Assembly: GCF_026210795.1 (NCBI RefSeq)
Contig: NC_089434.1
Coordinates: 2,728,001 to 2,792,000 of the forward strand
DNA: 64,000 bases
Source of the DNA: Rhizophagus irregularis
Taxonomy: Eukaryota
Direction of reading: 5' to 3'
Shown piece after piece: positions 1 to 11,859 of the stretch. How positions within the stretch are numbered: the first letter of the stretch is position 1; each line of letters opens with the position of its first letter. A program made the position numbers and the translations under genes. Under the pieces are notes generated by a model that saw only the letters and a list, made by a program, of their open reading frames with translations, ran no database searches and was not told the origin of the DNA.

Positions 1-3000
1 TTGAATCAATCTTTTTAGCATTGCTGGTTTCAGAAATCGAATTTACGTAGGAGTTAAAAAATGAGTGAAAACGATTTTACGTTTCATAAATATTCGTGTC
101 AATTATAACACCGGATATTTGTTCACTGACCAGTTCGTAATCATTTGCTGACACAACAGTATATGCTGTTGAGATTACTTAAAAATGTTGTAACTACTAG
201 TTAGCATATGAAAAAAAAAGAGATTAAATTATGAAAATAATTATAATTTATTATTCATTTGTATTACCATTCATTTGTATTATATTCATTTGTATTTATA
301 AGGATGTCAAGTTTTATTTTCCTTTTTGTTTCCTACTCGAGCTTCCTTCTCTTCGATGGTTTATTATTATTTTTTTTTCTTTTTTTTTCTTATCATTAAT
401 TAATTGGTTTAGTATATTTCTTTTAAATTTTGGTTTTTTTTTTTTGTGAATTTAAATTGAAGTTGAATTTTGTCTCAGTTTACAATAAATAATAAAATAA
501 CAAAGTTATTATTTGCGATACAAAATTGTTCATTATGATGATTTTTAAGTAACATACATATTATTTTTGGATTTTATTACAATAACTGTGCAGTAAATAA
601 ACTTAATATTGTTTACTATTTTTGATACGCAAAGGAGGTTATCAAAATTTTTTTTAGTACTCCGTTTTTTGTGATTGATATAATCTCATAATTTGATCCA
701 TAATAGCTCGTTTCATCCGTTTCAATTGTTATTGCTATATCTCTTACTACCGCCACACTTGTTCAGTACTATATAAAATAGTTTTTGATTGCTTCAAGAT
801 AAATGATACAGAATTATTAGTACAAGTATGTATGTGGGATCATTCCAATACCAAAAAATTCCAATGATAATCTACGGAGCCGGCCGATGGTTTCTGAGAA
901 CAATATTTGTGAATACGCCCAATTAATTACAGATAATATTAACAGATATTATAAATAATTTTAAATTAGTTAAAATTATTGTTACATATTATTAAAGTTC
1001 AGGAAGATTTATTTCGTGAGAGGTGTGATAATAGCTTGCAAATGAGCATAATGAGCATTAATTTGTATAATTATCCTAAAATATACCAAATATGGTAATT
1101 TAAAACCTGATTTTTTTGCATGCAAATATTTTATTGTAGTACAAGCCCTTCTTGCAAAATTCCTTATTTGGAATAGCGAAAAATAGCTATAAATAATATT
1201 TATTAATTTGATTTGTTGATAGTGAAAGATTTACAAAAAATTTATCTTAAAAGGTATGAAACACAATTTTTATTTTAACGAAGATGTGTAATTCGATTAA
1301 TTTGTATTGCTGCTAATGGTTTTATCTTTAGTATAAATTATCTGTATAGTTTTCATGGCTAAATATCGCGTGACGTGATACAAAAGGAAATTTTAATATA
1401 GTCTTTTTTTTAAAAAATATTTGTATTTACAACTTGAGGGATGAATTCATAATTCGTTTAGATTGGATTGAGTCGATGCTTCACGTTTGAGGACTCAATT
1501 GGATTGGATTTTATTATAAAAATTTCCAATCTAGCGTAATACCCCACGATTGACAATACATTTATTATAAGAAACAATTTAAGTTAATACGTTAAATCTT
1601 TAATAAATTATTATTGGTCAGCCTATTAGTATTATATTTGCGCATGGCGTCTCGTGTTTAGTCATGTATATTATAAATGAACAAGTACAATTTTCTTTAC
1701 GTGACGTTAATAATGATACGTATTAAAACATCAATTAATGATACAACTTGGATAAATAAATTATGATTTAACAAAATATTTCTGTATTAGGTAATATTTA
1801 GTTAAAGAGAGGTGACAAATTGTGAAGTTATCTATAGATCATACCAACCACAATATACCAACCCACAAACCCACTAATTAATCACCACACCAATCACTCC
1901 AACTCACATCACCTCTCATTTTACCCATATAATCATATAATTTTGAACTATGGGACTAAGGACCAAGGATTAAACACAGGTTTCTCTACTAAACTTCAAA
2001 ATTTTGTATTCGCTCAAGTATGTTTTAACGTTGGAGAGTTGATTGTCACTATACTTGACGAAATATAATAGAAGAAAAAAAGAGGAAAGAAAAAGGATAA
2101 AAATAAAATTTGCTCCATGATGTATTTATATTCATTGAATATCGATGTGCTGACACATTTCTTTGATCATTATATAATTATAGTAATTAATAGTTCACAT
2201 TTTCGCGTCTAATTATTAGACAATATTTGTTACGTCGATTACGCCAATTATGCGACTAGTTTTTCGGTGATTACTTATTGATAGCTAGTCCCGTGATGTA
2301 ATAATTATATAAGCAGTTAATAATTTCCCGTGACTGTTAAAGTATTGTTTTTTCGTCTTTATCATCATTTTTAAATTTTGTAAAACTTTTTTTGTCAATT
2401 TGTGCTAGCAATACACTATTCTCTGACCGAAGTTGAAAGAAATGCATTGATATTTCTGCAGACCTAAATCTATTGGGTAACTGAGAAACATCTTATGATT
2501 TGATAGGAGGGACATTTGCGCTTTGGTAAGTGGACAAGTACCAAGAAACTGTAAACCACTCGTATTTCAGTAGGTGAACAAAATTGTTTTAGTGATGAAA
2601 TGGAGGGAAATAGTCAATAAAAAGAACTTATTGTAGATAGGATCAAACTATATTCATCAACGTTTAAATGAAACTAGTAAAATATTAAATTTTCTTATCT
2701 ATTATAGTTATTGTCAAATATATTGGTACTTAAACACTTTATTTCCTCTATAACTTTTTATTACTTTTTATTACTTTTAATTAATCTTTATGTTTCTTTG
2801 AAATTTATTAAAATGAATAGAATGAAAACAAAAAAAACAATGCTTATAATTCTTTTGTGCACGCTTTTAATTTGCTGCTACCAACAAACGTTCTAACGTT
2901 ACATGCTTCATTTGACAATCACTACCTATTCCTTTATTTGAGACAACATTGATAAGCAAAAATAACAATTTTAATCTATTTTTATGAAAAATACGATCTA

Positions 3001-3194
3001 TCTTTACGATACTTCTTAGAGTGTTTCTAAACAAATTTTTTAACGCGTAAAATTCATTTTAAGGTTCTATGGTTCGTTTTAATTGACAGAGTTTCAGTTA
3101 TATATATTTTCGTAGCTCCGGCAAAATGCTGACCGGAATTACTGACACTAATCACGTGGCTCTATCTGATGGTTGAATAATTATTTCTTTTTTT

Positions 3195-3500
3195 AATAAC
3201 AGCGTTGGGAATTCTAATCCTATCTATTAAAGACCAACAGGTGATTTAAAAGTGAATTTATACAAAATCCTTTACCGAGATCATAGAAGAACATCTAGAT
3301 GTATATTCGTCGATCAACAGATTTTTGGTTTGAGAATTGAGAAATAATGATAGAACAAGATGGAATAATGAAAAATTATGAAACATTAAAGAAAACTATC
3401 AATTTATTCCTATTATTCAATTTGTCGATATCTTTACTGACAATTTCATTTTATCCTGATCATATTTATAAAGAATTTGAAGATTCTACCAAAAAAATGA
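3195..3500 (+). pseudogene. Degenerate fragment of a BTB/POZ-BACK-type protein (post-BACK region)
   Basis: Frameshifted translation reads ...NDRTRWNNE/YETLKKT/QFIPIIQFVDIFTDNF/YPDHIYKEFE. This resembles the W..E....LK....Q.IP.I.F..I...F segment of the expanded Glomeromycotina BTB-BACK proteins. No open frame; boundaries approximate. Confidence 0.45.
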
Positions 3501-3840
3501 GTGTTTTAAAATGGACGATTATCTGATTTGTTGTTCCAACGGTCTATATACATCGCTTAATTGATCAAAAAATATAATTTGTATAAATATTAGATTAAAT
3601 TATATTTATCGGTATAAAATTTTTAGATAATCTTCGTGGATGTGAACGGGTGTTTCTCTAAGACCTTATAAAATTTCGGTCACGCTAGTCAAATACGGTA
3701 AACCGTACGACTGAAAAATTGCGTAACAATAACTCTCCTTTTTTTTATAAATACTCATGATAATTCCTCATCGAGAATTTTTCATGCAAACTCTAAAAAT
3801 AATTTTTCTAAAAAATTCATTTTATTACTTTTACAGAATT

Positions 3841-5220
3841 ATGTCCAAAATAGAAGTATCGTTAAATTGTTTACTTTAGAACACACTTTTTTTGATAATA
3901 TTTTTTCGGTTAACGTTCTTGGTACCAACTCTATAAAGGAGGGTAATGTTGAATATCTTATTTGGAATAAGAAAAGTAAACCGTTAGACATTGATTATGC
4001 TGATCTGATCCTTTGGAAACTGAAAAAGACGTATCCCTACTTAAAAATGTTAAGGAAGTTAACATTGAAGAAAAATTTAGTGCCAAGAAGATAAAAAGAT
4101 GATGATGCAGCGGATAACATCCAAGTGCCCGCCACCACTGGTAAGTGATTTGCAGTAATGAATTATCAATTTTTTATTCGATTAGTGAAAGGAAAGCGGA
4201 AGGTTCGGACTTAGACAAGGCAAATATAACGAAAAAAGAGAAACTAGGTACGCGAAGAATAAACTATATAAATTTCGTATTCTTGCATGATGGAAGTAAT
4301 ATGTTATGTTAACATTTTTCATGTATTCTGAAAGATCTTCTCCTGAATCAATAGTAAAGTTTTAACGGAGGATGAAGAGAATAAAAGAGGGATCAAAACT
4401 GATTTCACAAAGCCACACAAATTGTGCGATAATAGATAAGAAAAGGTAGAGACGATATTCTGCGCGAAACATACAATTATATTTATAAACGGTATTGTGA
4501 AACCAGTAATGCAAAAGTCTTAGCGATAAAAAATTACATCCACTTTTCGCACTTTAATCTGCACCAGGAGGAGGAAAATCATTCTTTTTTGACGAGTTAG
4601 CTAGTTTAAAAGGTAAAGATATTAAACTTGTTAGTAATTATTTTAAAAAAAATTCTCAGGATAATGGAAGGGTCATTATTCGTAATTCAACCAGCGTTTG
4701 TATTACGTATAATGGACTTTCGTTATATGATGGTGATAATGCAGACAGCAAAATTCGAAAAGGATTAGCTATTTCTTCGATGAGAACAAGTTAGGCTGGG
4801 ATAAGTTTTACGATAAATTTAGTAAATGTTTGATTCATTGAATACTCTTAAGGCCATTGACAGTATCATACTTCATTCGGGAAAATCAGTACTCTTATAT
4901 GTTGATGAGACTATGAAATTATACTTTCTCGATAATACTAAGGAATATCTTATCAAGAACTTAGCGTGGAGCGCCGAAACACACAGACCAATTAAGTGGA
5001 TACTATTAAGAAGACTTGTTTTTTCAGAATCAGAAAGTTATTTCGTGAATTATTGGAAAATTTAGAAAGGGGGAGATTGTATACTGTTAGAAAATGTATC
5101 GCAGATTGTAATGGACATCCAAGGAAACCTTTCATGAAATTTTAGGTGACGCTACAGTCTTGAAAACTGATCAATACGCTTCTCTTACGAACGTTTGGCA
5201 AGAAAGCTTGAATCAATGTT
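3841..5220 (+). pseudogene. Crinkler (CRN)-like effector pseudogene with a C-terminal P-loop NTPase
   Basis: ATG at 3841 gives MSKIEVSLNCLL, then a frameshift to ...NIFSVNV...DIDYADLILWKL (CRN ubiquitin-like N-terminus, LWKV-type motif). IQVPATTG is followed by a GTAAGT donor near 4142. Walker A-like SAPGGGKS at 4558-4581 and Walker B-like VLLYVDE at 4889-4909. Multiple stops and frameshifts; 3' end approximate. Confidence 0.7.
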
Positions 5221-6582
5221 AGGTAGAATTTCTCTTCCTATAGTTAGGATGGCATATTAGGAATTAAGACATCATTAACATGTGAAATAGAAATTTAATC
5301 TAATACTTAGTAGCATAGTTGCGCACATGTATTTTTCTGATCATAGTAAATAATATAATGATTTTTTAGCAAATAAAAAAATATTATAATATTTCTTTAC
5401 TACTACAATTACGAAAAATTTCTATAGCTTTGTTTCTATTTATAATTACATCCAATTCTATAAACATCAGTTTATTATCTATATTTACAAATTTACTTGT
5501 CTATATCATACCCACCAACACAGAGCATATAAAGGATCAGTTAACTTCCGTAAGATAATTTTTTTGATGCGGAATAATTTCAGGCCTGTAGTGTTAATTC
5601 CAAAGATTAGCAAATAAGCATATGATAAAAATTGTCTGTGATCGAAAGAAATTTACTTTTGCATTTGATTTCATGATGGATAAAAAAATATTGTGCCGCT
5701 TGAAGGCCATCGCTATTTGTATCTGTGCTTATTTCTAGTGGCAACATCAGGCATAAGATTCATTCTTTTATTATTCAGATATGTTACTTTGTAACCAGAG
5801 ATTCTACGAAGTGATGATACTAAACATTAGATATCTACAACATACATGTTTTTTATTATTGCCATCAACACTGCGCACAGTCTATTCCGACAATTGCATT
5901 AGAAATGATAGATTTCTTTGATAATGAGGATTCGCCGAGAAAAGTATATCCTAATTTTCCTTTGCAATTTATACTAAGAAACGATAATAATATTTCGCTC
6001 ATAATGAGGCTTTTTTATTAACCATACTATCATTTATAATATGTTTATGGATTTTTTCGCATGGCAATAATGACAATAGATGCGACACAGCGTATAATTT
6101 ATTTTCCGTGTATGAAATTAAAAATGACAAATTTTTTACTGTCCATTTTCGAATGCATACATTTTTGTTTTCGTGTTTGTATCATTTTTTATAAATAACA
6201 ATGGATTTTCTAGTTTCACTAATACATCACGTAACTTTGATAGTGATTGTCACAAAGTTATACCGACAATCCGGGATAATCATTCTCTCGTAAAGGAATA
6301 TAATAACTATTTTTGTTGGTCGATATGTAAGATATTGTATACAAATCCCTAATTACACCTCTCCGGACTAGCCAATGAATAAGTAAAAATATATGATTGT
6401 AAACATCTATGTAATGGACATAATATAGTGGGAGTTTTACAGTTGATAGCAGATGAGGCGAATAAATAATAAATTTATTCAATTCTTTGTTAATAATCAT
6501 TACACCAATGATTGTGGAATACGGGTGGGATATGATTGTTATCAATTGGCGATATTATTGATAAGTCTGTGATGGCAATTCA

Positions 6583-7200
6583 TTATTTATTTTGAATAAG
6601 TTTCAATATCGCATCTAGCTTTTGAATCAAATCATCTTTTATCACATTAATTTCTGATTTAAGGCCACTAATTTCTGATTTAAGTCCGTTAGTTTCTAAT
6701 CTAACCCATAAATCTCTTCTATAACTTGTCCCATCTCAGGCGATGTGTTTCTAATTCTATACAATTTTGTATGCCATACTGCTTGGGTTGCCCTATTTTT
6801 CCATACACAGCATCAACTCCAGTGGTTTCGAATGCTATAACCACCTCTGGTTTGATGTGAACGTGTAAATGACCATGACACTCTTTTGCTTGATAGTCCT
6901 TTGATTCCAGAGCAAAAAGTTCAACGGGATTTTTTATCTGTTGTCTACAAATTTTTTCTACCTAATATGCGGACACCTAAATCCATGGTTGTCTATAGAT
7001 GACTAAATGCTTGCTCGTTTTATGATTGTTTGATCTAGTATTCTTATCATAATTATATATTGTATGTTCCGGGATGAGAATATATTAGAATTTCACTACA
7101 TCATCCTATTGGGGTATACATATCCAACCATCTTTCCCTCTTCTCCAATTATTATCAGGAAAACGAACTTGTTGTGGCGCTATTCCTGCACAAAAAACTG
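6583..7200 (-). pseudogene. Degenerate gene with a histidine-triad-like motif and C-terminal coiled coil
   Basis: Minus-strand translation: VELFALESKDYQAKECHGHLHVHIKPEVVIAFETTGVDAVYGKIGQPKQYGIQNCIELETHRL. After a frameshift it continues LETNGLKSEISGLKSEINVIKDDLIQKLDAILKLIQNK* (stop 6583-6585). The 5' part is broken. Confidence 0.5.
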
Positions 7201-7789
7201 GGGGTTTGAGTTGTGGACGTTCTAATAAAATTTAGGATATTTATTTGTACTAATACATTCGGATCCGTAATTTCTGTAAAACTCCCATGAATATAATACA
7301 TTTACGGAAATAACATGGAAAAAAAACCCCAAGATTGCAAAGATCTACTTTTTTAAGATGGCCAGTTTTAAGTTTCAAAGAACTCTTCAAAAAAAAAAAG
7401 ATATCATTGAGAAATTAAAAGAATATAAATACAAAAATTGCGTAATGTTAACTGAAATTATTATGAAGCCTTGATCATTGGTTAAGCAAATTTTTGATTC
7501 GATTAGAGAGAAAAAGATTTTTATTGATTGCGTGGAATCCGTAAATTTTCAGAGAAAAAATTGCAGAGAAAATATTGGACAACAGTATCTGCCAAAACAT
7601 GTGTTAGAATTAAAATAGTCCATCTACATAAGGAAATTCGGATAGAGGCTTGAGCTTTTATTACATTTTTTTGGTATAAGTCCTAGTAGTGAATTTGCTA
7701 TTGAACGATTTATTAACGTTAACGGGTTATATTTTGATTGGTTTATTACATTGCATTTTGTGAATAATCGTAACAACTATTCTTTTTGG

Positions 7790-8690
7790 CAATGCAATCA
7801 TAACGAGTAACGACATGAAAGATAGATCTTATAAAATAAAAAATTTAATTCAGGAATTGCCAACGTATAGTATATTATATAAGAGAGGAGTGAATGGAAT
7901 TTATGTCCTAGATGTAAGAAATATGAAGAAGATTGGGAGCACGTCTGGAAATGTGAAGCGAATAAAATAGAAGTTGATGCATTAATTAAAGAATCGATTT
8001 ATAATTATAGAAGAGGAAAAGAAACACGAAGAAGTCAAAATTTTAATTTATCGAATTATTTACATTTTCCGTGAATGGATCCAAATTTTAAGAGAGTTCT
8101 AGAACAACCTTCGATAGTACTTTCTGGGAAAAACAGAGAATGGGAGTTATTGAGAGGAGTTTACAATATAAATTTCGATAGAATTTCAAACAAATAGAAA
8201 ATTTATGGAGTTTCTGTTACGAAAGTATAAGAATATGGATACCAAGATGTGAATCAGTGGCTGAAATAGAAAAAGAAAGAGGGTTAAAGAAAAAAGATCT
8301 CAATATAAAGAATTCTTAACGAAGAAGATGTTGGCTCAGAAGAAAAAAAAATAATAATAAAAATAGAAAAACAGATGAAAATGATAAAATCAAATAAAAA
8401 AATTAACAAAAAATATTAAATTAGTAACAAAAGATAAAATGATAGATCAAATTACTGAAGGAAATTCGATAAAGAACAATTGGAGCATGATAATTAAAAT
8501 GTTATAATTTTAGATAGATTAGTTTAGATAGATTATATAATTTCTAGAAATTTATAGAATGAACTTAGTTATAGAGAATATGATTATGTAAATTATTTTA
8601 TTTTCTAGGTGCTTTAAAAATTATGTAATCAATATTATTATTGTTCTTAATTAATAAACGCGTTACTATTTTTTTTTTAAAAAAAAGGTT
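7790..8690 (+). mobile_element. Old 3' remnant of a LINE ORF2 (C-terminal zinc knuckle), decayed
   Basis: Translates as KIKNLIQELPTYSILYKRGVNGI/CPRCKKYEEDWEHVWKC, matching the RIKLLLDMLPT...CSQC...EDLNHLWTC region of the LINE ORF2 at 31940-32075. Many stops and frameshifts; ends approximate. Confidence 0.7.
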
Positions 8691-9018
8691 ATCATCCGAG
8701 GGCAACTATCACTCTTTCAGAGCTTTGCCTTATACGGATGCAGAGCAACAAACAATATAATCACACTTCATTTGTATAAATAAATCCCTTGTGGAACAGT
8801 AAAAATAATAATATAAACAATTCTCTGTTGTACATTTCGCTTTATTTGTCGAAATTTGGTGGAAATAAGAAATCATTATGTGTGCATATTAGTATTTTCC
8901 GTATTGGCTGATAGTTTGTGCACACGGATGTGAAACCGATCAATGTATAAAAAAATGAACTTATCAAGTCTTTGAATATGAATATCCTTCACTTTACCCT
9001 AACAATAAAGACAACATT

Positions 9019-9639
9019 ATGATAACAAAGGAAGAAATTTTAGCTTGTATTAATTCGGTAAATTTAAATGTGAATCCATACGAAACCCTTTGGAGAGGCA
9101 AAGTAGAAAGTTATAGCGAAAAGATCCAAGGGTTTGTAAACAAAGAAAAAATATCTGTCATTAAATTGCGAGATATTGCCGATGGTCAAACGTATAAACT
9201 AGTAAAGAAAACTTCTGATTTAAGCGCCGATTTATTAGTTCGTCTTGAAAGAAAATGTCAAGTTTATTATCTTTGGTCGAGAACTAAATTGTACGGCAGT
9301 GAGTCTTTCGTCTTTGAAGGAAATTGGCGTAACATTAACTATTATTGGACCCTTTTTCCTCAGGAAGACTTTGAAGGAAGTTTCCCTTATTCTTTAAATG
9401 AACATTTAGTAAAAAATTTTCTTATGAACGAAAAATTGGTATCTTTAAAAGAAGAAAATGCTTCCTTAACTAAGCAACTCCGCCAATCAGAGGAACAGAA
9501 TCTTCAACTACAACGGTTGTTGGGACAATTTCAAGAGCAACAAATACAAATAAAACAAGAGGAAATAGAACAAACCGTTTATAATGCTAAAATAAAAATT
9601 GAGGAATTGCAAACTCTTCTTACTAACTTGCGAATGTAA
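9019..9639 (+). CDS. Hypothetical intronless protein (206 aa) with C-terminal coiled coil
   Basis: ATG-initiated 621-bp ORF in very AT-rich DNA. Globular N-terminal ~135 aa followed by a heptad-rich E/Q/K/L tail. No family recognised. Confidence 0.6.
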   Translation: MITKEEILACINSVNLNVNPYETLWRGKVESYSEKIQGFVNKEKISVIKLRDIADGQTYKLVKKTSDLSADLLVRLERKCQVYYLWSRTKLYGSESFVFEGNWRNINYYWTLFPQEDFEGSFPYSLNEHLVKNFLMNEKLVSLKEENASLTKQLRQSEEQNLQLQRLLGQFQEQQIQIKQEEIEQTVYNAKIKIEELQTLLTNLRM

Positions 9640-9770
9640 CATCACTAAATTATAAATACGATCAATTATATAATTGAATCGTTAATTTCTTTTAACTAAT
9701 GTAACCTTCAATCGTCCATTTCCCATTCTGAGCAGATTTATTTACTATATAACTATTATTTTACTTACAT

Positions 9771-10077
9771 TTAATTTAGTATATTGCGAATTATTTTATC
9801 ATTATTATTTATTAGTTACATCTATTTATTTTATTTTATTTATTTATTTATTTATTCTTTTCATGTATTTTTTCCACTGTACCTTGTTGCACGTGTATAG
9901 GATTAGTTATAAAGATGATTTAAGTAAATCACAATTTTTATACTAAATAAATAAATTTTATTGTATTATTGGTATTTATTAACGCAAAGAGGGTATAGAC
10001 AATTCATTTTTATTTAAATCACGTGACTAATAGTGCTGGCCAACACTATTTGTAATTCCGACCAGATTTATACCTAT
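9771..10077 (+). repeat. Direct repeat; the second copy at ~13371-13528 plus 14610-14713 is split by a LINE insertion
   Basis: atttagtat(a/g)ttgcgaattattt..., tgtaccttgttgcacgtgtataggatta(g/a)ttataaagatgattta and aatcacgtgactaatag...ctatttgtaattccgaccaga occur in both places. Confidence 0.8.
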
Positions 10078-10139
10078 TAGCTTGATTTTACATTAAAATA
10101 CTATAAAGTACATAATAAAAATTTTTTTAAAAAAATTAC

Positions 10140-10770
10140 AATTTTTATCAAACCGATTTTACAAATTTCGGAAAATGAGATTTTACAATTTTCAGAAAAT
10201 TTGGAGGATAATTACGATTATGAGTTTTTTTATGACGTTAGTTATCATGTTACGACTTACGATTGTTACGTGTAAATTATTTCCACGCTCTTTGATAATT
10301 GATATATTGAATAAGAAAATTTATGGAATTATTTCAAATGTAAACGACCTGAGACAAACACACATTAACTTGGAATCAAAAGATTAATCTTAAACTAAGT
10401 TTAACACAAGAATTTCCTTTTTTTACAAGAACAAATTTTAAAAAAGGTTCGTGTCCTAAAATTTTAAACTTTTATTATATTCATTATTATTAGCGACTTC
10501 AAGAATGCTTCAAATAGACCAAATTCTAACTCCGTAACAAGCTTTGCAATCGAATGAACTTAGATTATTTTATCAACCGCCTGACGATATCAACATCTAT
10601 AATGTTACTTGTTAAAATTACTTTGCAAGACTATCATCAAAATGTCAATGACAATTACGATTATGAATTCTTTTACCAGTTTCCAGATGATATAAGACAT
10701 GTAACATTGTAACATGTAAATTTTTACCGCCTTCCTTGATTATAGGTATTTAGAACAAGAAAATTTGTGA
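10140..10770 (+). pseudogene. 5'-truncated, frameshifted paralogue of the gene at 18563-19453
   Basis: High nucleotide similarity to 18720-19340 (for example gttacgtgtaaatt.ttccacgctctttgataattgatatatt and agcgacttcaagaatgcttcaa). The intron is retained (ggttcgt...ttattag). In-frame stops and indels are present. Confidence 0.85.
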
Positions 10771-11407
10771 ATGTCGGTTATTACATTTTTGCGTAAAGAT
10801 CATTTTTAGTAACACGTAGTCATTAGGAGATTATGGTAATAAAGTCTTATTTATTTGGAATATTGATTATCGATGTCAGTTAAATTATATTATTAATCAT
10901 TTGTCTGAATTTATTTGATTTATTACCAAGATAGTAAAATATTATTTCTCTCCTTAAATTTTGTTGATTGATTTAACTAAATATAATTTTAACGTCAGAT
11001 GATAAAAAAATTTTTATTAAAAAATAAAAACCCGTCAAATCTAAGGGATTTAGTACTAATTTACATGTAACATTTGTAACATTGTAACATGTGAACCTGT
11101 TCACTGGTTAAGATATTTTAAATCAAAAAAATCAAGAAACCGTGTCCTCCACGAATTAGATGTTTAGAAAACGTTATTGTTGGATTTGTACGATCGGGAG
11201 CAGGATAATACAAAGGAAAAAATCTATTATGTAATTGTGTAATTAAATGAAATAAATTCATGTGTTTCAACAATTGTTTGTTGATGAGAATTTTCAGTAA
11301 TGAGACTGTATCACACAAAAGCTACATCAGTCAAATACGGTCACCAAAAAATTACGTAGTAGTGATTAAAGATACTCAACAAGTCCTTCAATAACAATAA
11401 CAGTTTT

Positions 11408-11802
11408 ATGTCATATTATCACTACAAAAATTGGTCTATTATTTTTGAACACAGTATACCTGGACGGCAGTATTGGGAAGTTTGTCCAAAACCTGTCCAA
11501 AGTTTTATCAAATCCTAAAAGTCTGTCCAAAACCCAACACTGCCTGGACGTTTCACGCAAAAGAGAATACGTACACTGAAAGAGACGACATTTCAACCAG
11601 AAGAAGTTGAGGATTTGGTGTCTGCTTATAGCAGGAATAACGATAATATACAAGAGTGCGAGAGTTCAAAATCAAATACGATAATCATTCAAAGAAAATT
11701 TCGAACCGAAGACTTGTATTACGTGTTGTTATTGACAAAAATACTTGTCCTACGTTTTACTCAGGAAGTAGTGACCGATACTGGAGAAAAGATGACAACT
11801 GA
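11408..11802 (+). pseudogene. Decayed DUF4258-like (bacterial toxin-type) coding sequence
   Basis: After removing the MITE at 11466-11544 and allowing frameshifts it reads TQYTWTFHAKENTYTERDDIS / PEEVEDLV / TRVREFKIKYDNHSKKISNRRLVLRVVIDKNTCPTFYSGSSDRYWRKDDN* (TGA 11800-11802). This follows the order of DUF4258-type motifs: T.HA.E...R.I..E.VE, then LRVV.D....P...T.Y.....YW. The 5' boundary is unresolved. Confidence 0.55.
11466..11544. mobile_element. Tiny MITE (~80 bp) inserted in the DUF4258-like sequence
   Basis: TIRs ggcagtattggg (11466-11477) and cccaacactgcc (11533-11544), 11/12 match. cctggacg is duplicated at 11459-11466 and 11543-11550. Internal tgtccaaa repeats. Confidence 0.7.
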
Positions 11803-11859
11803 AAGTTCTTTACTCAATATAGAGGGAAGTAGCATTGGAAAGTGGTGTCTAAAAATAAG

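Noticed and set aside
231..449. Short hydrophobic F/I/L-rich ORFs (also 2711, 40836, 42440, 43193, 52672, 55101, 60680)
   Set aside because: Translations of poly-T or poly-A low-complexity DNA with no supporting structure.
1..900. Protein-like minus-strand fragments (for example VAVVRDIAITIETDETSYYGSNYEIISITKNG); similar fragments at ~5450-5960 and ~20130-20460
   Set aside because: Probably old coding relics, but no family could be recognised and no boundaries defined.
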